A stretch of DNA of 64,000 bases from an uncultured Acidobacteriota bacterium (GTDB lineage Bacteria > Acidobacteriota > Blastocatellia > RBC074). The DNA is taken from the NCBI GenBank assembly GCA_963796275.1, contig CAWCKY010000006.1, positions 544,001-608,000 on the forward strand. The letters run 5' to 3'. Positions 40,400 to 50,602 of the stretch are shown here, one piece after another. The translations under genes were made by a program, and so were the position numbers. The number at the start of each line of letters is the position of its first letter. Within the stretch, counting starts at the first letter, position 1. The notes below the pieces were generated by a model that worked only from the letters and a program-made list of their open reading frames with translations, was not told the DNA's origin and made no database searches.

Positions 40400-41572
40400 A
40401 TGAGCAACGATGTCATCAAACGCAGGGAATTTCTCAAACAGACGGCGGCCGCGGGATTGACCGCACCCCTCATATCAGATGAAGCGATAACCTCGCAGAC
40501 GAGACGTCCGGTCGTGATCTCGAGCGCGAATATCAGCCAGACGCCGAAAGGAGACACGTTCAACGGAGGACTCGCCTGTGTGACCAGGGTGATGGAATTA
40601 CTCAGGGCCGGAGAAGATACCCTCGATGCGGTTGTCGCCGGGGTCAATATAGTCGAAGACGATCCGCGCGACAGTTCGGTGGGTTACGGTGGGTTACCCA
40701 ACGAAGAAGGCGATGTCGAGCTCGATGCCAGCGTTATGCACGGGCCCACGCGCCGGGCGGGCGCCGTAGCATGTTTACGCTACATCAAAAACCCGTCTAA
40801 GGTAGCGAAGGTCGTCCTCGAGCGCAGCGATCACATGCTGATCGTCGGAGAGGGCGCGTTGCGTTTCGCGCTCACGCACGGGTTCAAAAAAGAGGACCTT
40901 TTGACCGATGAATCGCGCAAAGCGTGGCTCGCCTGGAAAGAGAAGCTGAACCCGGATGATGGCTGGGGACCGAGCCCGATCAAGACCGATCCTTCCGGCA
41001 GCGGTAAGGTTTCGCAACAACGACAGGCGCCGGAAGAGATATCGCTCGCTGAATGGATAGAGGACAAGTTGCTCAATCGCCCGACTGGAACGATCAACTG
41101 CCTGGCCGTCGACGCCGACGGGGATATATCCGGCGTGACGACGACCTCGGGGTTGGCCTGGAAGATACCGGGCCGCGTCGGCGATTCGCCTCTGATCGGT
41201 TCAGGTTTATATGTGGATAATGAGGTCGGCGCAGCCGGCTCTACCGGCCGGGGGGAAGAGTGCATATACATCAACGGCGCGCATACGATCGTCGAAAATA
41301 TGCGTCGCGGAATGTCCCCGGCCGATGCGGCGATGGATGCTGTCAAGCGGGTGGCCGCGCGCTACGGGAACAATCAAGAAGAGTTGCGGAAATTCAATCT
41401 CAACTTTTATGCGGTGAATAAGAAGGGCGAATACGGCGCCGCGGCGTTATGGAGCCACACGAGAGCCAGCGATACATCGCCATGGAAACCCAGCAGGTTT
41501 GCAATCCATGACGGCCGGGAAGCCAGGATCGTAGAATCCGACTTTTTGTTTGAAAGAAAAACGGCGCCATGA
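40400..41572 (+). CDS. Tat-exported Ntn-hydrolase: N(4)-(beta-N-acetylglucosaminyl)-L-asparaginase / isoaspartyl peptidase family
   Basis: KRREFLK Tat motif, SVGYGGLPN, ELDASVM, G-TINC nucleophile, TTTSG, GRVGDSP, STGRGE. Confidence 0.9.
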   Translation: MSNDVIKRREFLKQTAAAGLTAPLISDEAITSQTRRPVVISSANISQTPKGDTFNGGLACVTRVMELLRAGEDTLDAVVAGVNIVEDDPRDSSVGYGGLPNEEGDVELDASVMHGPTRRAGAVACLRYIKNPSKVAKVVLERSDHMLIVGEGALRFALTHGFKKEDLLTDESRKAWLAWKEKLNPDDGWGPSPIKTDPSGSGKVSQQRQAPEEISLAEWIEDKLLNRPTGTINCLAVDADGDISGVTTTSGLAWKIPGRVGDSPLIGSGLYVDNEVGAAGSTGRGEECIYINGAHTIVENMRRGMSPADAAMDAVKRVAARYGNNQEELRKFNLNFYAVNKKGEYGAAALWSHTRASDTSPWKPSRFAIHDGREARIVESDFLFERKTAP

Positions 41573-41574
41573 AA

Positions 41575-41647
41575 GTTTCAGATTCCGGTTTCCAGTTTTC
41601 CGTCGCAGAGGGAGCGCGCCCGCCTGAGGGCTGAAAACTGAAGACTA
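41575..41647. repeat. Degenerate heptamer-array hairpin
   Basis: gtttcagattccggtttccagttttc ... ctgaaaactgaagacta between the asparaginase stop and the ugd RBS. Confidence 0.7.
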
Positions 41648-41666
41648 TTTTCTGAGGAGGAACACA

Positions 41667-43118
41667 GTGGAGGTTTGTGTTTTAGGTACCGGATATGTGG
41701 GCCTGGTGACAGGCACGTGCCTGGCTTATCTGGGTCGCAGGGTGGTCTGCGTCGATATCGATGAACGCAAGATCAGGATGCTGCAAGAGGGAAGATCGCC
41801 TATCTACGAGCCCGGTTTGGAACAATTGATTCTCTCCTGTTTGCAGCGCGGCAATTTGAGCTTCTCGACCGATCTCGCAGCCTCGGTTAGAGAATCGGAG
41901 ATCATTTTCATAGCAGTTGGAACGCCGCCGCTGACCAACGGCAGAGCCGACCTATCATATGTTCAAACCGTCGCTCATAACGTTGGCCGGTCGCTCGATT
42001 GCGTGCGGCGGCGAATAGTAGTCAACAAATCGACGGTACCGATCGGCTCGGGCAACTGGGTTGAGATGCTCGTCAGGGATGGCCTGAATGATAACACGGC
42101 ATATCATGAAAAACTCGCGAGCGTCGCCGGTAATCAGGATAACAGAACTACCGCCAATCCCAGCCGCCGCTTGAACGCCGTCAAACCGGAAGAGATTTTC
42201 CTGATCGCATCGAACCCGGAGTTCTTACGCGAGGGTTCAGCCATCTCGGATACATTCTATCCGGATCGGTTAGTGATAGGCGCGACCAACAGTCATGCGG
42301 CGGAGCGCTTACGCGCGCTCTATCAACCGATCGTTGAGCAGAATTTTATAGCTCCGGCGATGGCTCCCCGTCCGGCTGGGTTCACCGCTGTTCCCGTTGT
42401 GACGACGGATCTCACTTCAGCCGAGATGATCAAATATGCGGCTAACGCCTTTCTCGCCACGAAGATCAGTTTCGCCAATGAGATCGCCAATATCTGCGAG
42501 AGAGTCGGCGCCGACATCAAAGAGGTGGTGCGCGGTTTCGGTCTCGACAGCCGGATCGGACCCAAGTTTTTGAATGCCGGTCTGGGTTGGGGCGGATCGT
42601 GTTTCGGGAAAGACATCTCGGCGCTCATCGATATCGCGAAAGAGTACGGATATGAGCCCTCGCTGCTCCATTCGACCGTCGAGGTCAATCGGCATCAGCG
42701 CCTGGTTCCATTGCAAAAACTGCAGGAAGTATTGAAGATCATCAAAGGGAAAACGATCGGTCTGCTCGGACTGGCATTCAAGCCGGAGACCGATGATCTG
42801 CGCGATGCCCCGGCCCTGGAGATCGCGCGGCAATTGATCGAAATGGGCGCGCGGGTCAAGGTCTACGATCCGGTGGCGAACGGCGCCTGCCGGTCACAGC
42901 ATCCCGATTTAAAGATCGAATATGCGGAAACCGCCCTTTCCCTGGCTGAAGATTGTGATGCGCTCGTTATCGTCACCGAGTGGGAGGAGTTCCGACAGCT
43001 GGAACTCGGAACCCTGGGTGAAGTCATGAATACCAAAGTCTTAATTGACGGCCGTAATGTATTCGATCCCGCCGGGGTCGAAGCATTGGGGTTTAAATAC
43101 CGTGGAATTGGCAGGTGA
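41667..43118 (+). CDS. ugd: UDP-glucose 6-dehydrogenase
   Basis: GTGYVG, AVGTP, KSTVP, SNPEFLREG, KYAANAFLA, GWGGSCFGKD, AFKPETDD. Confidence 0.93.
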   Translation: MEVCVLGTGYVGLVTGTCLAYLGRRVVCVDIDERKIRMLQEGRSPIYEPGLEQLILSCLQRGNLSFSTDLAASVRESEIIFIAVGTPPLTNGRADLSYVQTVAHNVGRSLDCVRRRIVVNKSTVPIGSGNWVEMLVRDGLNDNTAYHEKLASVAGNQDNRTTANPSRRLNAVKPEEIFLIASNPEFLREGSAISDTFYPDRLVIGATNSHAAERLRALYQPIVEQNFIAPAMAPRPAGFTAVPVVTTDLTSAEMIKYAANAFLATKISFANEIANICERVGADIKEVVRGFGLDSRIGPKFLNAGLGWGGSCFGKDISALIDIAKEYGYEPSLLHSTVEVNRHQRLVPLQKLQEVLKIIKGKTIGLLGLAFKPETDDLRDAPALEIARQLIEMGARVKVYDPVANGACRSQHPDLKIEYAETALSLAEDCDALVIVTEWEEFRQLELGTLGEVMNTKVLIDGRNVFDPAGVEALGFKYRGIGR

Positions 43119-43127
43119 GAAAATAAA

Positions 43128-44054
43128 ATGCGTATTTTGATAACAGGTGGCGCCGGTTTCATCGGCAGCCATATGGTTGATCGCTTGATCGCCAATGGTC
43201 ACAAGGTTGTGGCGATGGACAACCTGGTGACCGGTGACCTCAACAACATCCAACATCATCGCGCGCAGCCGCAATTCGAATTTATCTTTCACGATGTGAG
43301 CAACCACATTCACGTTCCCGGAAGTGTCGACTGGGTATTGCATTTCGCGAGCCCGGCCAGCCCTATCGACTATAGCCAACTGCCGATCCAAACGCTCAAA
43401 GTCGGGGCGTTGGGTACACACAACGCGCTGGGACTGGCCATGGCTAAAGGCGCGAAATTCCTGCTGACTTCGACCTCGGAAGTCTATGGAGACCCGCTCG
43501 TTCATCCGCAGCACGAGGAATACTATGGCAACGTCAATCCCATTGGGCCGCGCGGCGTTTATGATGAGGCCAAACGTTATGCGGAAGCGCTCGCCATGGC
43601 CTATCACCGCGAGCACGGCCTGGATGTGAGAATTGTCCGAATCTTCAATACATTCGGGCCGCGGAACCGCGTCAATGACGGTCGCGTAGTTCCGACTTTC
43701 ATCAATCAGGCGCTGCAAGGTGAACCGCTCACGGTTTTCGGAGAGGGACAACAGACGCGGAGCTTTCAGTATATCGATGATCTGATCGAGGGCGTCAGCC
43801 GGTTGATGGAAACTCAATACAACGAACCGATCAACATCGGAAATACGGCTGAGATGACGATTATGGAGTTCGCCACCTTGATATTGCGTCTCACCGGCAG
43901 CAAGAGCCCGATCGTTTTTCGACCGTTGCAGCAGGACGATCCGAAAACTCGCCGGCCGGACATCTCGCGGGCCAGGGAAGTGCTCGGTTGGGAACCGCGC
44001 GTGCCTGTCGAGGAGGGATTGAAAAAGACGATCGATTGGTATCGCTCTTTTTAA
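43128..44054 (+). CDS. UDP-glucuronate decarboxylase (UDP-xylose synthase)
   Basis: [52 protein letters not shown]. Confidence 0.92.
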   Translation: MRILITGGAGFIGSHMVDRLIANGHKVVAMDNLVTGDLNNIQHHRAQPQFEFIFHDVSNHIHVPGSVDWVLHFASPASPIDYSQLPIQTLKVGALGTHNALGLAMAKGAKFLLTSTSEVYGDPLVHPQHEEYYGNVNPIGPRGVYDEAKRYAEALAMAYHREHGLDVRIVRIFNTFGPRNRVNDGRVVPTFINQALQGEPLTVFGEGQQTRSFQYIDDLIEGVSRLMETQYNEPINIGNTAEMTIMEFATLILRLTGSKSPIVFRPLQQDDPKTRRPDISRAREVLGWEPRVPVEEGLKKTIDWYRSF

Positions 44055-44217
44055 GTTTGAAAACAGCTGCCGTTTAGGGTAAGCTTCCACTTTAAAGTTG
44101 GGCTAACTCCCGGCTCAAAATCAATAGAGCCAAAATAATTGCCTCAACATTAAACAGTAAAACCGGCTTCAAACCCGGTATGAAAAACAAACAAAATTGG
44201 TAAAGGGAGGATCCAGA

Positions 44218-44943
44218 ATGAGTCATAAAGTAGCCCCATTTCGTCAATTTCGAAAAGCGTTGGCCATTACACTGATGCTGGCAATCGGAGGGTTTTATTC
44301 GACGATTACCATTTCAGCGCTGGCACAGAGCGCAGCGAAGGCGGCAGGAGAATTATCGGTAAAGGGCAATGTGACTATCAATGGAACGTCGGCGATTTCA
44401 GGCGCCACGATCTTCAGCGAGAGTCTCGTCAAAACCCAGCGCGGAAGCGGAGCGACTATCAATCTCGGAAAGCTCGGTCGCGTGCAACTGGGGCCGGAGA
44501 GTGAAATGACATTGCGCTTCGCTAATGGCGCGATTGGAGGGAACCTGACATCCGGTCGGGCGACTCTGAGCGCACCCACCGGTGTAGCAATTTCCATAGC
44601 GACCGCTGACGGTCTCACGAGTGCCGACGGTAAACTGGCGTCTGCGTTGACGATCGATGTTACCTGCGGCAATACACGCGTGGCAGCCGCACGGAATGGC
44701 GCCAAAGTGACCGCCGGCGGCAAGGATCAGTATGTAACTGCCGGAAGTGAGGTCGCGGTCGGTCAGGCGCAGGCCCCGCGATGTGCACGGCTCTCGACTG
44801 CGAGAGAACCGGGCTTGAGTTCGGGAGCGGTTGCAGCATTAGTAATCGCCGGAGTCGGCGGTGCGGTTGGAGGCATCGTTGCCGCTACGCAATCAGACGA
44901 TGTCACGCCAACCTCAATCGTCGTGAGCGGATTTCGTCCGTAG
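44218..44943 (+). CDS. Hypothetical exported protein: FecR-like beta domain and C-terminal Gly/Ala-rich hydrophobic tail
   Basis: GGGAGG RBS, signal peptide, beta-rich core (GELSVKGNVTING, GRVQLGPESEMTL), tail AVAALVIAGVGGAVGGIVAA. Confidence 0.7.
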   Translation: MSHKVAPFRQFRKALAITLMLAIGGFYSTITISALAQSAAKAAGELSVKGNVTINGTSAISGATIFSESLVKTQRGSGATINLGKLGRVQLGPESEMTLRFANGAIGGNLTSGRATLSAPTGVAISIATADGLTSADGKLASALTIDVTCGNTRVAAARNGAKVTAGGKDQYVTAGSEVAVGQAQAPRCARLSTAREPGLSSGAVAALVIAGVGGAVGGIVAATQSDDVTPTSIVVSGFRP

Positions 44944-45023
44944 TCCGAACCTTTACAATTCAATGCGCTGAAAGACAAATTCAGGTATCGGCGCATAACA
45001 GGAGAATACGATACAGATCGATG

Positions 45024-45064
45024 ACGGCACAGACGGAAAACTTCGCCTGTGCCGTTTATCTTTT
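45024..45064 (+). terminator. Probable intrinsic terminator
   Basis: Stem acggcacagacg / cgcctgtgccgt (1 mismatch) followed by ttatctttt. Confidence 0.6.
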
Positions 45065-45112
45065 GCCTGTATCGTTTTTTATTACCGCTCAGCCGGCCGG
45101 CAAAGACAAATA

Positions 45113-45180
45113 GTTTTTAGTTTTCAGTTTTTAGTTTTCAGTTTCGCTTCCGGAGATCATTGGACGCTGAAGCTAAAAAC
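45113..45180. repeat. Heptamer-array hairpin, loop type GCTTCCGRAGA..ATTGG
   Basis: agtttttagttttcagtttttagttttcagtttc-gcttccggagatcattgg...-ctaaaaac. Confidence 0.85.
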
Positions 45181-45196
45181 AAAAAGTATTTAAACC

Positions 45197-46318
45197 GTGA
45201 AAATTCCTCTACTTGATTTGGTTGCTCAGCACCGAACTATCAGCGATGAAGTGATGGCTGCTGTGACGCGCGTTTTCACACACCAGCACTTTATTATGGG
45301 CGTTGAGGTGGAAGAGTTCGAGAACGCTTTTGCCGATAATTGCCGGGTCAAACATGCCATCGGCTGCGCATCCGGTTCCGATGCCGTTTATCTCGCTCTG
45401 TCAGCCTGCGGGATACAGCCCGGCGACGAAGTAATCACCACTCCCTTCACTTTTTTTGCAACGACGAGCGCGATCACGAGATTGGGCGCGCGGCCGGTTT
45501 ACATCGACATCTCGCGCGAGGATTTCAACCTCAGGGTCGATTTGCTGGAAGCTGCGATCACCGATCGCACAAAAGCGATCCTGCCTGTGCATCTTTACGG
45601 TCAGTGCTCGCCCATGGATGCCATCATAGAGGTTGCGCGGAAGTTCGAGATTCCTGTTATAGAAGATGCGGCGCAGGCGATTGGCGCAGAGTATAGAGGC
45701 GTGACCGCCGGGAATATCGGCGATGCCGGCTGTTTCAGTTTTTTTCCTACGAAGAATCTCGGTGGAGCAGGTGACGGCGGCCTCATTACCACGAATAATG
45801 ACGAGCTTGCTGCTAAGTTGCGCCTGCTGCGTATGCACGGAATGGATCCCAAGTACTATCACAAGGTGGTCGGCATCAATAGCCGCCTGGACGCTTTGCA
45901 GGCGGCCGTACTCGGAGTGAAACTGAAATATGTCGGTCGATGGAACGAAGTGCGCCGGGCCAACGCCGCTCGCTATGACAGATTATTTACCGAGGCTCGA
46001 ATAGAAGAAGTCGCGCGACCGGTAGAATGCGCTGAGAGGCGCCACATCTACCACCAGTATACGATCCGCTGCGCGCGCCGCGACGAGTTGAAGACCTATC
46101 TGCAACAGCAGGGGATCGGCACCGAAATCTATTATCCGGTTCCCCTTCATCTGCAGGAATGTTTCAGATTTCTCGGCTACAGAGAAGGGGATCTGCCAGA
46201 GACCGAAATAGCCGCTAAGGAATGTTTGTCGCTGCCGATCTATGCGGAATTGACGCCCGACCAACAGGATTTCGTAGTCGAGCATATCTTGCGCTTTTAC
46301 GGGAAGAGAGTTGGTTAA
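45197..46318 (+). CDS. DegT/DnrJ/EryC1/StrS PLP-dependent sugar aminotransferase
   Basis: [46 protein letters not shown]. Confidence 0.93.
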   Translation: MKIPLLDLVAQHRTISDEVMAAVTRVFTHQHFIMGVEVEEFENAFADNCRVKHAIGCASGSDAVYLALSACGIQPGDEVITTPFTFFATTSAITRLGARPVYIDISREDFNLRVDLLEAAITDRTKAILPVHLYGQCSPMDAIIEVARKFEIPVIEDAAQAIGAEYRGVTAGNIGDAGCFSFFPTKNLGGAGDGGLITTNNDELAAKLRLLRMHGMDPKYYHKVVGINSRLDALQAAVLGVKLKYVGRWNEVRRANAARYDRLFTEARIEEVARPVECAERRHIYHQYTIRCARRDELKTYLQQQGIGTEIYYPVPLHLQECFRFLGYREGDLPETEIAAKECLSLPIYAELTPDQQDFVVEHILRFYGKRVG

Positions 46319-46470
46319 GAGCACGGAAGCGAGATAGATGGGGGACAACCGGGGGGCAAAAAACTGAGATTTTTTCTTTGTTTACCAGGCTATGCCGTCT
46401 GTTATGATTTAGATTAAAATAGTCGTTAAATTGAACCGACCCTCGGAAAAACGAAAGAGAGGAAAGCTAT

Positions 46471-47439
46471 ATGGTTCAATTGAAGCATCGTCCGAGAAGA
46501 TTGAGGCGGACAGCGACACTGCGAGAAATGGTTCGAGAAACCAGACTCGATCCCCCGAATTTCATTTACCCGCTATTCGTCTGCCCGGGTGAAGGTGTGC
46601 GGCGTGAAGTTCGTTCGATGCCCGGGGTATTCAACCTTTCGGTGGATGAGCTCGTAAAAGAAGCAGAAGATGCGCGTAGCACAGGTCTCCGATCAATCAT
46701 CGTCTTCGGCTTGCCCGAGAGCAAGGACGATCAGGGGAGCGGCGCATTCATCGAAGATGGAATCACCCAGCGCGCCATCCGCGCGCTCAAGCGCGAAGTC
46801 AAGGACCTGGTTGTGTTGGCCGATACCTGTTTATGCGAATACACAGCACACGGTCATTGCGGCGTGATCAGAGATGGGGATGTGGCGAATGACCCGACCC
46901 TGGAGATTCTGGCGGATACGGCGATAAGCCAGGCGCAGGCCGGAGCCGACATAATCGCACCGTCAGGGATGATGGATGGGATGATTGGGGCAATCCGGAC
47001 CGGGCTGGATGCGGCGGGCTTCACCGACATGCCGATTCTGTCATACGCCGTAAAATATTCATCGGCTTTCTATGGCCCTTTCCGGGAAGCCGCAGATAGC
47101 GCGCCTCAATTCGGAGACCGCCGCAGCTATCAAATGGATCCGCCGAATGTCCGCGAGGCATTACGCGAAGCCGAACTTGATGTCGAGCAGGGTGCCGATA
47201 TGCTCATGGTCAAACCCGCATTGCCGTATCTCGATGTTATCCGCGCGATCCGCGAGCGGTTCAATCTGCCACTGGCGGCTTACCAGGTCTCAGGCGAATA
47301 CGCTCAGATCAAGGCCGCTGCCAGGCTCGGATGGATCGATGAAGAGAGAGTAATGATGGAATCACTGATAGCCATAAAACGCGCGGGCGCAGATCTGATT
47401 TTGACGTATTTCGCCAAAGATGTGATCAAAAAGCTATAG
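46471..47439 (+). CDS. hemB: Porphobilinogen synthase
   Basis: [50 protein letters not shown]. Confidence 0.97.
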   Translation: MVQLKHRPRRLRRTATLREMVRETRLDPPNFIYPLFVCPGEGVRREVRSMPGVFNLSVDELVKEAEDARSTGLRSIIVFGLPESKDDQGSGAFIEDGITQRAIRALKREVKDLVVLADTCLCEYTAHGHCGVIRDGDVANDPTLEILADTAISQAQAGADIIAPSGMMDGMIGAIRTGLDAAGFTDMPILSYAVKYSSAFYGPFREAADSAPQFGDRRSYQMDPPNVREALREAELDVEQGADMLMVKPALPYLDVIRAIRERFNLPLAAYQVSGEYAQIKAAARLGWIDEERVMMESLIAIKRAGADLILTYFAKDVIKKL

Positions 47440-47608
47440 CGGGAAAGGATAACCGAGCGATCGGGCAGCATGACGCACCGGGGATTTTCCTGATGAAATA
47501 TCTTTGATGAATCAGGCGGGAGTTTTAGTGCTCTCCCGATAACTTCGCACATCCCGTCCGAGCATTCTTAGCTCGGACCTCGGGCAATTTTTATTTTATT
47601 CTAGATGC

Positions 47609-47639
47609 TTGACATGTTCTCAATTTAGATTTAGTCTAA
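47609..47639 (+). promoter_or_regulatory. Sigma70 promoter overlapped by a putative PerR/Fur operator
   Basis: TTGACA (47609-14), 17 nt, TAGTCT (47632-37); palindrome TTAGA-TTTAG-TCTAA at 47625-47639. Confidence 0.7.
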
Positions 47640-47645
47640 TTGCAG

Positions 47646-48071
47646 ATGTCGAGGTTACACCAGCAAGATGTAGAGAACATGGTGGTTGAGTCCCACCGTT
47701 TAAAGATGACGCCGCAGCGTCGAGCGATTGTGGAGTATCTGCAGTCTGCGGTACATCACCCTACAGCGGAAGAGGTATTACGGGCCGTCAACGAGAAGTT
47801 TCCAATGACATCTCGAGCGACGGTGTATAACACGCTCAACTGGCTAAAGGGAGAAGGGATGGTAAGGGAGGTATATGAGGGAGGCGTAGTCCGCTTCGAT
47901 CCCAACACTTCCGATCATCACCATTTTGTTTGTCGCCGATGCGGTAGAGTCGAAGACGTCGAGAGCGAGCTGGTCGGCACTTATAAGTTTGATCCTTTGC
48001 TCAATAGTCATACCGTAGAAAATTTCGAAATTATACTTCGAGGCATCTGCGCCGGCTGTCAGAGCAACTAA
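47646..48071 (+). CDS. perR: Fur-family peroxide-responsive repressor (PerR-like)
   Basis: TPQRRAI, HHPTAEEV, SRATVYNTL, RFD, HHHFVCRRCG, GICAGC; upstream of ahpCD. Start could be 47646 or 47679. Confidence 0.8.
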   Translation: MSRLHQQDVENMVVESHRLKMTPQRRAIVEYLQSAVHHPTAEEVLRAVNEKFPMTSRATVYNTLNWLKGEGMVREVYEGGVVRFDPNTSDHHHFVCRRCGRVEDVESELVGTYKFDPLLNSHTVENFEIILRGICAGCQSN

Positions 48072-48112
48072 TAATGCGGTGATTCGTTCACTGCAATTTT
48101 TTTAAATATGTA

Positions 48113-48129
48113 TTTAGACATTGTCTAAA
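48113..48129. promoter_or_regulatory. Putative PerR box upstream of ahpC
   Basis: Perfect palindrome TTTAGACA-T-TGTCTAAA; same TTAGA-N5-TCTAA core as at 47625. Confidence 0.72.
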
Positions 48130-48244
48130 ACTGGAACATTGATAATTTTGGAGTCGTTCATATTTAATACGAAGGGCTCTTTAAACCGGGCGATTGTGGT
48201 TGGGAACGAAACTTGCTGCAGTTGCCGAGGGGAGAAAAGAACGA

Positions 48245-48787
48245 ATGCTTAGTGTTGGAGATAGATTTCCTGGTTTCGCACTGAAAGCGGTAGTGAGTTT
48301 GGAGAAGGGGAAAGAGTTCAAAAATATTACAAACGACACATATAAGGGGAAGTGGCAAGTGGTTTTCTTCTGGCCGATGGACTTCACCTTCATATGTCCG
48401 ACCGAGATTGCGGAGTTTGGGAAGCGCAACAGGGACTTTAGCGATCGCGATGCCCAGGTTCTGGGCGTGAGCACAGACACACATTTCGTTCATCTGGCAT
48501 GGAGGCACAATCATCAGGACCTGAAGGGGCTTCCGTACCCGATGCTGGCTGATACGAAGCGAGAGCTCACATCATCGCTGGGCATTCTGCATAAAGAAGA
48601 GGGAGTCGCGTTGCGTGCCACCTTCATCGTTGACCCGGAAGGGACAATTCGCTGGGTGACAGTCAACGATCTTTCAGTCGGTCGCAATGTCGATGAGACC
48701 CTGCGAGTACTCGATGCGTTGCAGACAGACGAACTCTGCCCGTGCAATTGGCAGAAGGGCGGGAAGACCCTCGGGAATGCGGCTTAA
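48245..48787 (+). CDS. ahpC: Alkyl hydroperoxide reductase C (peroxiredoxin)
   Basis: FFWPMDFTFICPTEI, RATFIVDP, GRNVDE, DELCPCNW (AhpD-partnered type). Confidence 0.95.
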   Translation: MLSVGDRFPGFALKAVVSLEKGKEFKNITNDTYKGKWQVVFFWPMDFTFICPTEIAEFGKRNRDFSDRDAQVLGVSTDTHFVHLAWRHNHQDLKGLPYPMLADTKRELTSSLGILHKEEGVALRATFIVDPEGTIRWVTVNDLSVGRNVDETLRVLDALQTDELCPCNWQKGGKTLGNAA

Positions 48788-48804
48788 GAAAGAGGTGAAC
48801 GGAG

Positions 48805-49359
48805 ATGAATGAAATCGAAAGACTGAGAGAATTGCTGCCCGAGGCAGCGAAAGATATCAGATTGAATTTGCAATCTGTTTTTCAATCATCGACGCTGACT
48901 CAGGAACAGATTTGGGGAACGGCTTTGGTGTCCGCCATCGCTTCCCGGAACAAAAAGCTTACCCGGGCTGTCTTAAATGATATACCGGATAAAGTGGATA
49001 CGAGGGTCATCGAAGACGCGAAAGCCGCGGCGTCGTTGATGGCGATGAACAATGTTTACTACAGATTCCGCCATATGGTCGGCAAGGAGAGTTATTCTTC
49101 GAAGCCGGCTCGTCTGCGGATGAATTGGATCGCAAAACCACAGAACAGCAAAGCCGATTTCGAGCTTTTCTGTCTGGCAGCAAGTGCCATCAACGGTTGT
49201 GAGATGTGTATACGCTCGCACGAAGGGGCGGTGGTGAACGGTGAAATCACGGAGGATCAGGTTAACGACGTGATTCGCATTGCGGCGACGATCAACGGCG
49301 CGGCAGTTGCGCTTGATTTGGAGAACCTCGGCGGGCAGATGATGGAAGCAATAGCGTAG
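48805..49359 (+). CDS. ahpD: Alkylhydroperoxidase AhpD
   Basis: AKDIRLNL, MAMNNVYYR, LRMN, FEL, SAINGCEMCIRSHE. Confidence 0.94.
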   Translation: MNEIERLRELLPEAAKDIRLNLQSVFQSSTLTQEQIWGTALVSAIASRNKKLTRAVLNDIPDKVDTRVIEDAKAAASLMAMNNVYYRFRHMVGKESYSSKPARLRMNWIAKPQNSKADFELFCLAASAINGCEMCIRSHEGAVVNGEITEDQVNDVIRIAATINGAAVALDLENLGGQMMEAIA

Positions 49360-49500
49360 AAATTACAATGAAGCCTTCCGTTTCATTGTGGGTAGTGCCC
49401 CGAAAAATGGAAACAGTTCGGAATAACGGCTTCAAGCGGAAAGTTTTCAATGTTCCTCTTGAAGCCGAAATTAGAACCGCATTCCAAGGAGGATGAAAAG

Positions 49501-49770
49501 ATGAAAACGCCGGAAGACATCAAAAATGCTTTGAATGCTATGTCTGCTAATAAGCGCAACAAGGTCGAGTCGATTGTGCGCCGTCATATCGATGCCTGCC
49601 AACGGATGGGAGTTGAGGTCGAGTACCTCGACCGCGTCTGGATAGAGTCAATCGAAGCCGTGCAGATCGAGGAGAAGTTCCCTGGAATCATGGTCGAAGA
49701 CAATGAATGGCCCGAGGTCGAACCCGCGCGCCGTTATCATGTCTACGAACCACCCAGGGCCGAGTGGTAA
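49501..49770 (+). CDS. Hypothetical 89-aa protein
   Basis: Strong AAGGAGG RBS before ATG 49501; protein-like helical composition. Confidence 0.7.
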   Translation: MKTPEDIKNALNAMSANKRNKVESIVRRHIDACQRMGVEVEYLDRVWIESIEAVQIEEKFPGIMVEDNEWPEVEPARRYHVYEPPRAEW

Positions 49771-49859
49771 GGACGGATTCGATGATTGCGTCAGTGCGGA
49801 TTGGTTATTCGCTGTTCCATGCGATGCCAATCCGCACCTCTATTTAATTATTAAACATT

Positions 49860-50600
49860 TCAGTTAATATCCCCGAAAAGGTGTTGTGAGAGGATGACAG
49901 CTGCTATCGCGGCTGTTTCAGTGCGCAGGATACGCGAACCCAGATGAACGGGTATAAATCCGGATCTCCCGCTCAATTCTATCTCACGTTCACTCCATCC
50001 GCCTTCCGATGCTACAGACATATTGAGCTCACCGATACATCCGAGTTTCGATCCGACATCACGCACCTTCAGACCGCCGTGCTCCGAAAATATCAAATTG
50101 TTCCTCTCCTTTTCGGATTGGCAGAAATCATCAAATTTTATCGGGTCAGAGAATTCAACCTGTTTGCGTCTGCCGCATTGCTTGGTGGATTCAAGCGCGA
50201 TCCGCTGCCAACGAGCGAGACGATGCCCGGAGCTATCTCGGGCGAGGCGCAAGTCGCTGTGATCGGTGATGAGCGGAACGATGCGCGTCACACCGAGTTC
50301 GGTCGCCTTCTGCACCACCCAGTCGAATTTGTCGCCTTTGATCATTGCCTGCGCAAGAGTCAGATTCAGGTGGGACTCGACTAAATCATCAAGTCGCCGA
50401 ATGAGTTTGATTTCGGCCTCGCCTCTGCCCACTCGCGCAATCTCGCATTCCCATTCATTACCCACGCCGTCAAAAACAAAAACACGCGCGCCTTCACTGA
50501 GCCGCAGAACTCGCGCCAGATGGTGCGATTCATCAGGGTCGAGAATGATCGTAGATCGATCGAATCGCGAAGGTGCGGCGTAGAAACGATGACGTTGCAT
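49860..50600 (-). CDS. rsmE: 16S rRNA m3U1498 methyltransferase
   Basis: HHLARVLRL, QKATELGV, QCGR, SEGGWS, LGSRILRTETA. Confidence 0.95.
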   Translation of the reverse strand: MQRHRFYAAPSRFDRSTIILDPDESHHLARVLRLSEGARVFVFDGVGNEWECEIARVGRGEAEIKLIRRLDDLVESHLNLTLAQAMIKGDKFDWVVQKATELGVTRIVPLITDHSDLRLARDSSGHRLARWQRIALESTKQCGRRKQVEFSDPIKFDDFCQSEKERNNLIFSEHGGLKVRDVGSKLGCIGELNMSVASEGGWSEREIELSGRSGFIPVHLGSRILRTETAAIAAVILSQHLFGDIN

Positions 50601-50602
50601 GT

